Origin: the human T2T-CHM13v2.0 reference genome, Homo sapiens
Direction: 5' to 3' (one strand)
Assembly (NCBI RefSeq): GCF_009914755.1
Contig: NC_060932.1
Length of the DNA stretch: 64,000 nt
The notes beneath the pieces are model-generated. The model was given only the letters and a program-made list of their open reading frames with translations. It searched no databases and had not been told where the DNA came from. The translations under genes and the position numbers were made by a program. Shown in pieces: positions 1-13,902 of this stretch. How positions within the stretch are numbered: the first letter of the stretch is position 1; each line of letters begins with the position of its first letter.

Positions 1-300
1 ATGAACTGGACATTGGATATTAATAATGAAGAACTATTTTAATGTTGTGAGGTGTCAGAATAACTGTGGTTAAGTTAAAAATAACATCCTTTTCTGTTGG
101 AGGTACATACTCAAAAGATTATGGGTGCAATGATATAATGTCTGGGATTTGCTCTTAAAATACTCCACCTTGAAAAAAAGGGTGGAGACAGTAGATGAAA
201 CAAAGTTGCCAAAATGTTGATAATTACTGAACTGGGATGATGGACATACAGGGAGTTCAATATTGATCCTATTTCAGTGTATGTTTAAAAATTTCCGTAA
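1..300 (+). mobile_element. Old L1 (L1MC/L1ME-type) 3' UTR fragment
   Basis: Typical L1M 3' end motifs (atgtctgggatttgc, aaaatgttgataatt..gaactgggatgatggacatacagggagttc); cut by the window start. Confidence 0.6.
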
Positions 301-397
301 CAACAGGTAAAAACAAAACAGGCCTTTTTCATGAGAGAATAATTTCCTTGAAAGTACATCATCTAATGCCTTTACATCTTCCAATTCATGTTAAAAA

Positions 398-445
398 TAC
401 ACACACACATGCACACACACACACACACACACACAGACACACACA
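398..445. repeat. (CA)n microsatellite, interrupted
   Basis: About 23 CA units with two interruptions. Confidence 0.95.
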
Positions 446-489
446 GTTTCCTATAATGGTTAATAAAGCAGTTATGCATCTGTATATTA

Positions 490-730
490 TTAATGATCAC
501 TCATTTATTGAGTACATTCTATGGACCAGGCACTGTTCTTAAAGATTACCATGTAATAGTCATTTAATGTTTGCAATAATCTTTTGATCTAGGATTGATT
601 ATTATCCCCATTTTACAGATGGAGAAACTGAGGCCTGGAGCAGCAACACAATTCCATCATAATGATAGTACATATATCTGTGTTGGAATACAAACTTAGG
701 TTGCCTGACTTTAACCACAACCTATACTGC
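490..730 (-). mobile_element. MIR SINE
   Basis: Core attatccccattttacagatggagaaactgaggc. Confidence 0.75.
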
Positions 731-1159
731 CAGGTAGAATAGCAAGAGATTAAATAAAGATACTCACAATACATATTATAATGAAAAGAATGTGGGAAAT
801 CGCACACATTTCTCCCTTGCTATAGCCATGTGGCTCAGGGCCAGACTTACGATCGGCTCAGACCCAGCATCGGTTCAGTCATAGATCAAGTTGTTGTTTT
901 AAGTGGAAGAGGGGAAAGATTCTGCTCTCAGACAAAGAAGGAGATGCAAAAGAAACAACAGAAGTCTCTTCTCAGTGACAACAGCAGTTCTGCAACTGGT
1001 TTTTGTTTTTGTTTTTTTTTTTCGTTTTTAAAAATAATACAAAATAACCAAAACGCACAGTTTGCTTTTTTTGTGCCTTCTGATGCCTGGTTATATTTTG
1101 CAAGAGTTCGCCTTCGGGTTTTAAATAATTCATCATGCAGTGGCTCTTGTTTGGCGCAG

Positions 1160-1350
1160 GCAGGCAGGGGGTGGATGGAGCGGGTAACGAGGGAGAGGCG
1201 AGCTTGGAGGACGCACATCATACAAGTGAGGAACTGGCACAGCTGCAGCCTCATGAGACCCCGCCCCGATGAGCTCATCCCTTGGCAGTGCAAATTAGGA
1301 TGACATAATATTTCTGGAGAGCTCCTTCCAGCCCACTGCAGCAGGAGAGC
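1160..1350. promoter_or_regulatory. Candidate enhancer/promoter-like motif cluster
   Basis: Local GC and CpG enrichment; GC box CCCCGCCCC (~1259-1267); palindrome GATGAGCTCATC (1268-1279); TGCAAAT and ATGACATAAT (bZIP-like). Motif inference only. Confidence 0.35.
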
Positions 1351-1674
1351 TCTTGCTTTTCCTGAGCATAGGAAAAATTAGCATCGGTATTTCTAGCTGT
1401 TCCTGAGGAAATGGCATTTTATTCAAGGGTGTCGTGGGAAACATAACACATTGCCTGCATTAGTATCAGCTCCTGAGCAAGAGGAAAGCAGAGCTTATCA
1501 GTAAATAAGTCACTGATTGCTGCACTTACCAAACTACAAAGGTAACCAGCATTCTTCAAAAATAGGGTCCAATTACAAGGGCATGAGTTACAGTCTGTGT
1601 GATTCTTCAAAATTTTTTAGCTCAAGAGTATAAAAAACACCACAGCAATAATATTAAATAATATAGTAATCATT

Positions 1675-1900
1675 ATCATTTATTTAGCTCTTGTTTTATG
1701 CTAGAAACTATGCTAAATGTTTTATATATTTTATCTAATTTAATCCAAATTATAACCCTACAAAGTAGTCATTGCCACCTCCACACATATACACACTTTA
1801 CAAATTAGGAAACTGAGGGCCAGAGAGGTAGGGAATTTGCCTCAGGTCAGAGCTGTGGGCCCAAAGCCTGCACTCTTGATTACTATGCTATGTTTCTCTA
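1675..1900 (-). mobile_element. MIR SINE
   Basis: tttacaaattaggaaactgagggccagagagg core. Confidence 0.65.
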
Positions 1901-2309
1901 CAGGCCACAATACAGCTCTTGTGGATGCATGGCAATGTTTAATAACTCAAAATAAAATGTAGAACTCAAACTTCTTGTTTTGGCCAAGAAACCACAGATG
2001 ATCAAACCTAGAATATCTTCCACGCCTGGCATTTCTCACTGCATTAGACATGCAATTTTGTAAAGGAGGTGGGGGAGAGTAGTATTTCTTAAGGGCACCC
2101 CATGAGTTAGGCATTTCGTAAGGCAAATTACATGCCTCAATCATTTAACACTGTAACTGTTCCATGTTGTATTTATTATTATTATCCCTAATTTATAGGT
2201 GACAAAAACCAAAGAAGTGAAGTAACTTGTTTAAAGGCACAGAGTAATTGGGTCTGGGGTTTGCAGCCAGGTCTGTTTATTTCTGAAGCAACATGCTATG
2301 GTAAAACCT

Positions 2310-2530
2310 GCAAAAATTTTGGAGTCAATAAATCTGAATCTGAATTGTGGCTCCTAAACTCACTTTGTAACGCTGGACAAGTTATTAATCCTCCTGAGTC
2401 CCAGCTTCCTCAACTATGAAATGGGAATGACACTTCAGAGAAATATAGTAAGGAATAAAGAAAATGAGAAAATATAAATGAAGTGACTAGTCCAGAGAGC
2501 TCAGCAGTAGGAGGCAGTCATTAAGAGTTG
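2310..2530 (+). mobile_element. MIR SINE
   Basis: ggacaagttattaatcctcctgagtcccagcttcctcaactatgaaatggg core. Confidence 0.6.
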
Positions 2531-3858
2531 ATTCATTCTTTTTTTCTTTGCACGAACCGAAACGACCGTTATGAAAATATTTAAGGAAGACGAAGGAACA
2601 AACGGAATACACCTGCAGTTTTCATCATTCCCTCCCCTCACTCCTCAAGTAACCTCTGTTGAACTATTTGAGCTAGGGTTTTAGGGAAAAGAAAAGTAAA
2701 TGAAGGTAAGGGAAAGAAAGAATGGGAAGAAAACATAGGAACAGAGAGGATGAAAGACAGGTAGATAAGAAAGAGCAGATGGAGGAGGTGAGATGTAAAC
2801 TACTAAAATGGGGAAGGGTGGCAAAATGAGTGGTTGGGTGGGGGCTGTCAGGTTAGAAGGATTTGGATTTGGGTACAATCTATACCACAAAAGCCGGGTG
2901 GCCTCAGATAACACACTGAATTGCGCTGAGCCTGTTTTCTTAGCTATAAATGGGGTGATAATGTACTCTTCATAGTGTCGTGAGGTGCCAAGTAAGATAA
3001 CATATAGTTCTGAACCTACTGCCTGGCGTGCAGAAGGAGCTCAATAATGGGAAGGGTATGAGGACTAAGAACAGGGACCTAGAATCCCCTCCACCACAGC
3101 TGAAACCTGGCATCCTCTTCTTGGGTCCCAGAGAGTAATCCTGCTTCATTGAATTAAGTGGGAGTCAATCATTTTTCTGTGAAAATTTTTTGAAGTTTTT
3201 TCACCAGAACCAGTTTCACTACCAATCCACCCACTCCTGCAGATTGGTTCCAACACTGGTTGCAGTCTGGGGAAATGCTGACTGGCTGGCAGGTAACTGA
3301 ACGCTTCATCTGAGCTGTAGTGCTGATCAGAAACATAGTCATGGCTTTGGGAGATTCCAGTTGGAGACAGAATCTATTTTCCTGAGTGAGATTTCACTGA
3401 AGCAGGGCTGAATAGGTATAACGAAATCTCACCCAAGGTGAATAGAGTTTGATTACTGCCGGAACCCCCCTGAGCCAGGATCAAATTTCTGATCAGCCTT
3501 ACTGCTGCGAATCACCTGGATGGTGGCTTCTCCCGTGTGCTTGCTACATGTCTAGAGAATTGTATGCCCCATTCGAACACCTACTAAACAAATTAGGCAG
3601 CTTGACATGAACAACACCAACACCTATGCATAGGTGGACGGAAACAGAACACACCTGAGAAGATGCGATTGCAGCACTAAGAACTTTAAACTTCAGTCAC
3701 ATGAGAAGGAAATAGATTTAAATAATGTAATTCCTGTGAAATCATTTTTTCTTTTACAGTTAAAAGAAGAAACACGTGTGTCCAGAAAATATTGTTTGTG
3801 TGCTCCATGACTATACATGAAATCATGCTGTTTAGTTCATTTAAACAGTTGTGCATTT

Positions 3859-4154
<296 letters not shown>

Positions 4155-5156
4155 TTAGTTAATTGTGGTCACGGGTGATAAAGTATAATAATTACCAACA
4201 ATAATAATGTATTTTAATTTCTAAAAAATAGATTAGATTTTTTTTCTCCAATGGTGGGAGCATCTCCTTCCATTTTTTAAAGCTATAACTTTGCAAACAA
4301 CATTACTTCTAAACTTTGCCCTGGTTTAGTAAAGCTGGTGGTTTATACCAGGGAGAAGTTAATCTCTGTAATGAAAAGGTAGCCACACAAACAACATGAG
4401 TTGAATTAGTTATAAATTGAGAAATGAAAGATGTGACATGAATGTCTCATATATTCAAATTCTGATTAAACTGAAGAAACAAATAGATTCATATAATTTG
4501 ATAACTGAAACCAACTTTTTAAGACATTTATTTCAAATTTATATTTGAAGAAAAAGTTCACTGGAGAATACTTTTAAATGAATGAGGAACCACCCGTCTA
4601 AGAGATAATGGATTAAACCCAATCTGATTTAAGGTAGTTATATTCTTATGTTTGCCACCAAATTGACATTTGAAGCCAGAATGGCCATCTGTCCCTACCT
4701 GCATGAACAAGAACCAGGTTCCATTGCTAAACAGACAGCATCTACTGTTTAATAATCCATACCAAAATTTAGGGATCTTGATTGGTAGATTTCTACCAAT
4801 AGATTTCTATTGGTAAATCTATTATTTAAAATACTTGCCACTTAAAAACAGCTGGTAAAAGCAAAATTGGCAGTTTTTCTAAATAAACGAGCTGGGTATA
4901 TATCAAATTAACTCCTGCTGATATAAGACCAAGGAATGGTATATGTGGTGATTCAAATAATCAGTTATCAATGGTATACATACATGATCAATTTTTAAAG
5001 ACCTGGACTACATCATGATGTATTTAAAGAAAAAAATCATAAATACACCATAACATTAAAATATACATACTAATGGGATTTCAATACTTCAAAATCATCT
5101 TTATGAATTTCAACTATCACTACTTTCTATATGTATGAAAGATATCTATATCATTA

Positions 5157-5378
<222 letters not shown>

Positions 5379-5889
5379 TCAAGTTAAGTGGAGTTTTATT
5401 CTCTGTTATAATGCACATTTTCCCTTTTTATAGTGCTTCAGGCTGATCCAAAGGTTAGTTACCAAGGGCTAGAAACAAGAATGAAACACAAACAGTGCTA
5501 ACATTGCATATCACATGAAGGTGAGACTTTTCCAAAATAAAAATGAACAGCCATGTTCAAACTAATGATAATGTCTTCAAACAGAGGCTAAAAATACTAA
5601 AGACCAATTATATGTGCACATAGTATAACAGAAACTCTGGTTTTGCACTATTTCACAAGGCTTCCTGAATTTGTGCCTTGAGATTTTTCATTGGTTTTGG
5701 AAGGTTTGGGGTCATCATCTCTTCAAATATATGACTGTTTCCACCTTCATCTCTCTGTGCTCTCCTATGATAATCCAATTATATACTACACCCATTTTCG
5801 GGATTTTGTCTCTTGGTGTTCTATTCTGTTTATTATTCCCCTTTCCTGGTTACTAATTTTCTCTTCTGCTTAATCTTTAGTTAAATCCA

Positions 5890-6685
5890 TCATAGTAGCC
5901 AGCTACCAAGGGACTTCTGGTAGTCTTCTGTCATAGTAGCTGAGGGATTATCTGTGTGACTAATAGAATATGGCAGAAGCAACAGTGTGCCACTTTTGAG
6001 GCTTGGCTGCCAAAGACCTTATAACTTCTGTTTTGCTTGCTTGGATTTCTAGTTCTGAGGAAAACCAGCCACCATGTCATAAGGACACTCAAGCAGCCCT
6101 CTGGAGAAGCCCTCATCAAAAGGAACCACCCTGCCACCCATATGAGGGAGCTCCTTTCAGATGGCTTTAGTCTCACTTAAGTCTTTAGATGACTGCCCCC
6201 AGGCAAGATCTGATGGCAACCTCATGAGAGATCTTGAGCAAGAACCAGCCAAACTGGGTGCAGTGGCTCACGCCTGTAATCCCAGCACTTTGGGAGGCTG
6301 AGGTGGGTAGACTGCTTGAGCCCAGGAGTTTGAGACTATCTTGGGCTACATGGTGAAACCCCATCTCTACTAAAAATACAAAAATTAGCCGGGCGTGGTG
6401 GCATGCGCCTGTATGCCCAGCTACTCGAGAGGCTGAGGCAGGAGTTACTTGAGTCCAGGAGGTCAAGGTTGCAGTGAGCCAAGATTGCACCACTGCACTC
6501 CGGCCTGGGTGACAGAGTGAGACCTTGCCTAAAAAAAAAAAAAAAAAAAAAGAGAACCAGCCAAATTATAATCCTTAAATCTCGACTCATTTAATCTTTC
6601 CTATGAGAAAGATTAAATGATTTTTGCTGCTTTAAGTCACTGAGGCTTGGGGTGATTTGTGAACACAGCAATAAAAGCAAATCCA
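5890..6685 (+). mobile_element. MLT1-type MaLR LTR interrupted by an Alu
   Basis: cagccaccatgtcataaggacactcaagcagccctctggagaag ... tttgctgctttaagtcactgagg. Confidence 0.75.
6254..6552 (+). mobile_element. AluJ (Jb-like)
   Basis: Full Alu with poly(A); TSD AGAACCAGCCAAA at 6241-6253 and 6553-6565. Confidence 0.93.
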
Positions 6686-9600
6686 CCCACCCATTAAGTT
6701 TTTAATTTCAGTTTTTGAATTTTTCAGTTGGTTTATTTTGGTAGTTTCAAGCTCTCTTCTAAAATTCCCAGTCTTTTTTAATCTCATAGAACATATTAAA
6801 CATTTTTAAAAGTGTGTATAGTAAATGTGTTATGTGGAGCCCTGTGTTTCCATTATCTGTTATTTTCATTGTTTTCTTTTCCCATGCACACTGCCTTATC
6901 TCCTCATGATCCTGGTTATTATTACCTGAGTAGTGGATACTTTATATAAAATCTGTAGAAATAATTTGAGGCTTTGATAAAACACATTTTTTTGAGATGT
7001 ACTTTACTTTGCTATTGGCAGGTATAGAAACCAGCAATCCAAGATAATCTTGATTCAATTTCAAGGATTAAAACTGATTTGAAGTTGAGCTTCAGACTCT
7101 GAGTGGGCCAATCTACTTCACTCTTATTCCTGGCAGTAGCCAGCCATGTCTCAATCCAAAGTGTGGGGCATTTACTAGCTTCACTCCCAGCTTTGGTTGG
7201 TTTCTGGATTTCAAATTTTATTCCCTTATCCTACAGGGCTGTCAAAAGCCCTGCTACATTTCTCAGCTTCTCGGTTACCTCTTCCAGGACCATAAGATAT
7301 CTGAGTGGAAAAGTGGCCCTACATGGCAGATTCACCTCTCTATTTCTTACTCATTTTCCATATTTTCCCATAATTTTAGACTTCCCATGTCTCTGAGCAA
7401 TTCCTTTTAGTATATTTTGTCCAGCTTTTATTGTTCTCAGAGGGAAGGATGGTTTAAACTTTGAACCCTACAAAAAAGTGGAAATCTTTGTATTGTTTTA
7501 TTAGCTAATCTAGAATTATAGTCACCTCAGAAAACAAAAGACGATATGCATTTTTTTTGCTATGGATCTGATAGTATAACTTATTCAAAACCACTCCCAT
7601 ATGATACAAACCAGTATTCTCCAGATGGTGTTTCGAAAAACTGCCAATCTACTCATTTATGACAAGTCAACTGGTCATAGCAAAATGTGAGAAACCACTA
7701 TTGATAGAAACAAATCGTTTCTACAGAGACTGTCAAGCAGTTTCCTGCAGGACCAGATCACTAGACAAGCTGGCCATTGCTTCTCTTTAGTCTTCAGAGA
7801 AGGACACAGACTCCAGTTCTGTGGAAAACCAGTAGCCATGTTGTAAGGATACTCAATCAGTCATATGGAAAGGTCCACAGGACCCTGGGAATATTTCCAC
7901 GTTTTCTGGATTGTTTAATATTACCATTATATCAGGATGCCTACCTAATGGTTAGTTACCTAAAAGATGAAAGGAAGAAATGTTTCAAATATATAAGGAA
8001 GTCTTATATTTGAAGTACTATGACTATCCATAACAAGAATTAGATGTCTAACTGTTCAGTATAATACTGAACAAGATAAACTGGAACTTAAAAATTCAGA
8101 TAATTTTCATTAGAAAGGAAGGAAACAAATTGCCAGATGTGATGCTGTCACTTTAAAAGGAATATTTTAAGTATATGTATATTTGCAGATAAAACCTTAT
8201 TTCCTGTTGAAATACAGTTTGAGTTTATCAACAATAGAAAGATGAGCATTTTACCACAACACCTTTATAAGTTTTAGCATGTATTCCACTTGAGCTATAA
8301 GATTATAAAATTATATTCCTAATTTACAAATTTTAGATTCAAATGTTCAAAGTAGGTTATTTGTTGATTGTGTTTTCACTATCGTCACTATCTATTTATG
8401 GCTGTCTGCCATTTGGAGCTGGCCTTCAGCCTAGGACATATCCCTTAAAAGGAGAGTATGCTTCCAATTAATCAAGTTTCTTAATTTTCTCTATTATGTC
8501 TCAGATTTGTTCATCCTTCTACTGTTTTATTCTTTTCAAACCATCCTGCAGGTTACTTCCTTCTCCCCTTCCTTCTGTACACATCCCCCCAATTTCAATT
8601 TGCTCAGGAACTTTCAATGGTTACTGGGTCCTCACCTTGGCCTTCAAGGCTTCAGCATCATCTGAAGATCACCCGATCAGATCACCTGATCTACTTATTC
8701 AAAATCACTTCCATTACTTTTGAAATAAACCTCCACTTTATATAAGTTAGTCATGTCACCACTGTCCACATGATGCTTAGTTTTGCTGTTGTGATTCTCT
8801 TCTGGCTTAGGTGCTCTCTTTCCTCCTTACCTATCCAAACTATACCCATGACTTGGGTCAAATATCAAAGACCTACTACTCTTATTTATGAAGATCAAAT
8901 GCTACCTTCTCCTACACATCTTTTCTGTCCAAACTGATCCATGCTTATCGTTCTTTGAACTTGCATTTTACTCATGATTTAGAAGGCAAAAACTCAAAGT
9001 ACATCCTATACACAGGTTACAAACCTGTGGAGCCAGGGGCAGAATCTTCAAAATCTTCTAAAGTTCCCACACAAAATCCATGTTCAACAAATGCCTTTTA
9101 AATATATTCAACTTAGTGTCCAAATCTAAGTAAAGGAGTTTCATTGGACAGCGATGAGCCTGCTTAGCCCAGGAATTACCATTTGCTTCTCCCTTTTGGT
9201 AAATGAGCTGCCCAGATGACAAAACAGAAAGGTCAAAACTCACTTTGGTAGAGACCTGGTTCCTGGCCACAACACATAGATTATTTTTTTTCCATGGGTT
9301 ATACAATGGGATGAAATGATAAACTCCTCCACACTAATTGTAGGTTGTCTATTTCCTGGCTCCATGTTTTCAATGTAAAATATGCAGACCTTCTATTTAA
9401 ACAAACTAGTAATTTATTTTTTCTTAGAAAATTACCTTCAGCAGGTGATTTTCTTAAACTCATATGCAGCAAATGTTGCTTTGGTATGTATGCTTTACAA
9501 AGAGAAAGAAAATATAAACAGGAAGGAAGGAATTCCAGTTTAGTATACTAACCAAGCAAGCATTAACTACCCTTTGAAATACTGTCTACAAATAGTATGC

Positions 9601-9841
9601 TTCCTGCCATAAGGTCTATAGAATTGTCCTGTGGTTTCTGCCTGTCAAGTGGCAAACTCTTATAGTAAAGCTTGTTTAATTTTCTTCAAAGAAGGCTACA
9701 TATAATTACATGCTATTTCAATGGACAGTTTTTGAATCTCTTTTGCATAACACATTTTCTCTTAAGCATAAAGCCAGTTTTGATAAAATATCAAGAAATA
9801 TAACTTTCTACTCCTAAGTTCAGAAGCCGGAATGTTGGTAG

Positions 9842-10134
<293 letters not shown>

Positions 10135-10149
10135 AATGTTACTGTTTCT

Positions 10150-10575
10150 ACAGCAGTAGTCCTTTATCGTGGCTGCCCATGAAAACTACGAAGGGAACTT
10201 AAAAAAAATTGGTGCCTGGCTATGGGGATGCAAAGGCATAAGAATGATACAATGGACTTTGGGGACTCAGGGGAAATAGTGGGAGGAGGGTAAGGGATAA
10301 AAGACTACATATTGGGTATAGTGTACACTGCTTGGGTAATGAGTGCACCAAAATCTCAGGAATCACCACTAAAGAACTTATTCATGTAATCAAACACCAC
10401 CTGTTCCCCCAAAACCTACTGAAATAAAAAATAAATTTAAAAAAATTGGTGCTTGTGTCCCATCCCAAAATTTGTGATTCAATTAATATGGTCTAGGGCT
10501 TTGGGCCCTGGTGTTTTTTTTTTTAAAAAGCTCATCAAGTGATTCTCATATCCAGCCAGGGTTAAGAATTACTCT
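10150..10575. mobile_element. MER5-type hAT-Charlie element interrupted by L1
   Basis: tgattcaatt..ggtctagggc..aagctcatcaagtgattctc..gccagggttaagaattact. Confidence 0.6.
10216..10438 (+). mobile_element. L1PB-type 3' end (short, truncated)
   Basis: gatgcaaaggcataagaatgatacaatggactttggggactc..aataaa plus A tail; TSD AAAAAAATTGGTGC at 10202-10215 and 10439-10452. Confidence 0.9.
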
Positions 10576-10719
10576 TCCAAGTAGAGAGGAAATGGGAGGA
10601 CCAGAATATCAGGGGAAGAAAAATAACAGTTTTTGAACAATAACGCTATAGTAGGAACAAAAATTCATTGCATACCTATATACACTAGGTGATTTGCTAA
10701 CCATGTTTCATCTCATGTT

Positions 10720-11990
10720 CGTTATCTACTTACATATAACAGATCATTTTAAAGTTTAGTGGCTTAAAACAACAAACATTAGTATCTCACAGTTTCTGTG
10801 GTCAGGAATTTGGGAGCCACTTGGCTGAGTGCTCTGGTTCAAGGTTTCTCATGAAGTTTTAGGCAAGCGATGAGCCAGGACTGCAATTGTCAGAAGGCCT
10901 GACTGAGGCTGGATGGTCCTTTTATAAAAAGGCTCACTGACATGACTGTTGCTAGGAGGACACAGTCCCTTGCTAACTGTTGGTAGGGGAACCTAGTCCC
11001 TTACCCTGTGGGTCGCTTTGTGAAGAAGGCTGCTTGAGTGACTTCATGACATGGCAGCTGGCTTCCTCCAGAGCAAGTGATCCCAGACAGCAGGTTTTAT
11101 GACCTTGCCTTGGAATTTACATATTATCAATTATGCCACATTGTATTCATTAGAAGTGAAATACTAAATACAGCCTACTCAAGGAGAGGCAATCTCTCTA
11201 TCTTTTGAAGGAAGGGGTATGAAAGAATTTGTGAACATATGTTTTTAAAATAAATTTTTTAAAAATTTTGAATAATTTTTCTGGACTTATGATAGATTTA
11301 AGGAAAGGTTGCAAAAATAATACAGGGAGTTTCTATATACCCTTAACATGGTTTCATTTTTTTTCTTAATATTATCTTATGTTACTGTGGTACATTGTGA
11401 AACCTAAGAAAGCAGCATTAGTAGACTATTACTCATTAAACTCTAGACTGTATTCAGATTCACCAATGTTTTCATTAATGTCCCTTTTTCTCTTCCAAGA
11501 TCCAAATCCAGGATACTAAATTGCATTTAGTTGGCATGTTTCTTCTAGTCTGGAACAGTTTCTCAGTTTTTCCATGTGTTTCTTGACCTTGATAGTTTTG
11601 AGGAGTGCTGGTCAGGTATTTAAAAATGTCCCTCAATTTGGGTTTGTCTGATGTATTTTCTCATGGTCACACTGGGGTTATGAGTTTTTGGAAAGATTAC
11701 CACAAAGATGAAGTGCCCTTTTCATCATACCATTTCAGGAGGTACATTCTCTCTGATCATGTTAACTTGATCATTTGGTCAAAGAGTTATCTACCAGGTT
11801 TCTCCAGGTAAAGTATTTTTCCCTTTCCACATGTCTTCCTTGGAAGCCAGTCACTACGTCTAGCCCATACTTAAGGTTCAGGGATATAGATACTCCTTCT
11901 CTACCTCCTGGAGAAGAAGTATCTGCACATATTACACTTGGGATTCTTTTGTAAAAAAGGTTTTTATAGACACATTTTAAAACCACACAC
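10720..11990 (-). mobile_element. MLT1 LTR (10720-11250 and ~11965-11990) split by an L1MC-type 3' fragment (~11255-11960)
   Basis: ttagtggcttaaaacaacaaacatt..tctcacagtttctgtggtcaggaatttggg; L1MC-like ttgcaaaaataatacagggagtttc. Confidence 0.65.
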
Positions 11991-13294
11991 ATTTATTCTA
12001 TTATTTAATGTTTACAACAATCCTATAAGGACTATCGTTGTTCCTACTTTCTAGATAAATATATGGCTTAAAAAAGTTAAGTACTGTACCCAAGGTGACA
12101 CAGCTAGCGAGACTTGGCATTTGACATGAGGTTGGTTTGACTCCAGAGTCTTTTTTTTTTTCTTTACTGAACCTTTTAACCTTTGCACTGATAAGAACCT
12201 ACTAATATAATTGAAACATATTTTAATATTCTACAAGATTTTCAAGAACTTAGTAGAAACGGCAATACAGAGCTTACTTGATGGTATCTTGTTGAATATT
12301 GTTCTTTCCCAGATATGTATCTGTCACATATACTTCTGTCTCCCCTGAGCACCTGGTACACAGGTACTCAGCAGATACTTATTGGCTGAAAAGAAAATGA
12401 CTCTTCCTTCTTACAAGTTATCTACACTGTCCTGAATGTCTATCATGGGATGCCAAAACTTAAGATGGTCAATCCCTTTATGCTCAGACCCAGGGATGAA
12501 ATCTGAGATATGACAGGGCTCACACCAGCATGACTGGATAGAACCTGCAGGCTAGAAGGGTAGGACAAGCAGGAACTGTTAGTTTACTCTTTCCCTGTTC
12601 ATACTTTACTGAACAATTATAACTGAAGATTCAGGTTATTTAGCAAATACTCAGCCCCAAAATCCACTCAGGTAATGAGTATAATTTTTGGATTGCTAAA
12701 GTAATGGGTTGTTTTCATCATATCAAAGATTACACATCATATTTCTGGGTCATACATAATAAGTCATTTTCTCCAAATCTTGGGCATTTGGAAGCCCGGA
12801 TCCCAGGAGAACCACGATAGTCTTTCGAGCAATCTCTTCTTATACATCAGGTGCTCAGATGGCTCAGGGATATGTCCCACACTTGGTTAAATTGGAACTC
12901 TGTCTCCCTGGGATATGACAGCTAACTTATGGAGAGGTGGGCAGAAAGCCTCCAAGCTCCTCTCCTATTTCTCCTCCCCTTCTCTTATTTGCTGTGTAGA
13001 TGGAGAAATGGAAGCAGCCCAAAGGAAAGGGCTAGTTCCTACTATGCTCAGTATGCTAACAAACTCAGGGAGGCTTGGCAAAGTCTTCCAAGAGAAGACT
13101 CTAGTTCACCTGACCAACTATATTGAAAAACATTTTTCTTCTCTTCAGTCTTCTAGCAAGAAAGTATGCTTGGAAGACATCGCTAGTTTCTTTCTCCTTA
13201 CCTATGTCTATAGTTAGGAGATTCCCAGCTCCACATCCCTACTTATAGACTCCAGGGAAAAAGAAAATGACTTCTGTTAAAATGACTCCTATTA

Positions 13295-13515
13295 GGCTCT
13301 GGAAAAGGGAAGAGCTGGGCAAACTGAATGCTAATAGGGCTTGCTTCCAGTGCGGTCTACAAGGACACTTTAAAAAAGATTGTCCAAATAGAAATAAGCC
13401 GCCCCCTCGTCCATGTCCCTTATGTCAAGGGAATCACTGGAAGGCCCACTGCCCCAGGGGATGAAAGTCCTCCGAGTCAGAAGCCACTAACCAGATGATC
13501 CAGCAGCAGGACTGA
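13295..13515 (+). pseudogene. gag: HERV-W gag C-terminus (nucleocapsid zinc knuckles)
   Basis: CFQCGLQGHFKKDC (CX2CX4HX4C) and CPLCQGNHWKAHC; premature TGA at 13462; native end cagcaggactga. Confidence 0.9.
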
Positions 13516-13530
13516 GGGTGCCCGGGCCAA

Positions 13531-13902
13531 GTGCCAGCCCATGCCATCACCCTCACAGAACCCCGGGTATGCTTGACCATTGAGGGTCAGGAGGTTAACT
13601 GTCTCCTGGATGCTGGCACGACCTTCTCAGTTTTACTCTCCTGTCCCAGACAACTGTCCTCCAGATCTGTCACTATCCAAAGGGTCCTAGGACAGGCAGT
13701 CACTAGATACTTCTCCCAGCCACTAAGCTGTGACTGGGGAACTTTATTCTTTTCATATACTTTTCTAATTATGCCTGAAAGCCCCACTCCCTTGTTAGGG
13801 AGAGACATTCTAGCAAAAGCAGGGGCCATTATACACCTGAACATAGGAGAAAGAACATCCATTTGTTGTCCCCTGCTTGAGGAAGGAATTAATCCATCCT
13901 GA
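13531..13902 (+). pseudogene. pro: HERV-W aspartic protease (defective)
   Basis: LLDAG (DTG mutated) and GRDIL motifs; ATCC duplication at ~13892-13899 frameshifts it from RT. Confidence 0.88.

Larger units (their letters stand above)
5670..7490 (-). mobile_element. Degraded L1M 5'-region fragments (5670-5890 and 6690-7490) flanking an MLT1 LTR
   Basis: T-rich L1M-like sequence ending in aaaagtggaaatct, like the L1M 5' end at ~48670. Confidence 0.45.

Noticed and set aside
830-1303. 157-aa and 121-aa overlapping ORFs
   Set aside because: Low-complexity T-runs, no recognisable domain, and a GTG or TTG start; consistent with chance
3740-3760. Strong plus-strand acceptor-like sites (also ~41852, ~42086, ~61212)
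   Set aside because: Polypyrimidine+AG is common in T-rich DNA and no paired donor or ORF was found
12730-13220. Unique segment upstream of HERV-W as a possible exon or extra gag
   Set aside because: No gag similarity and no recognisable protein; it lies outside the TSD
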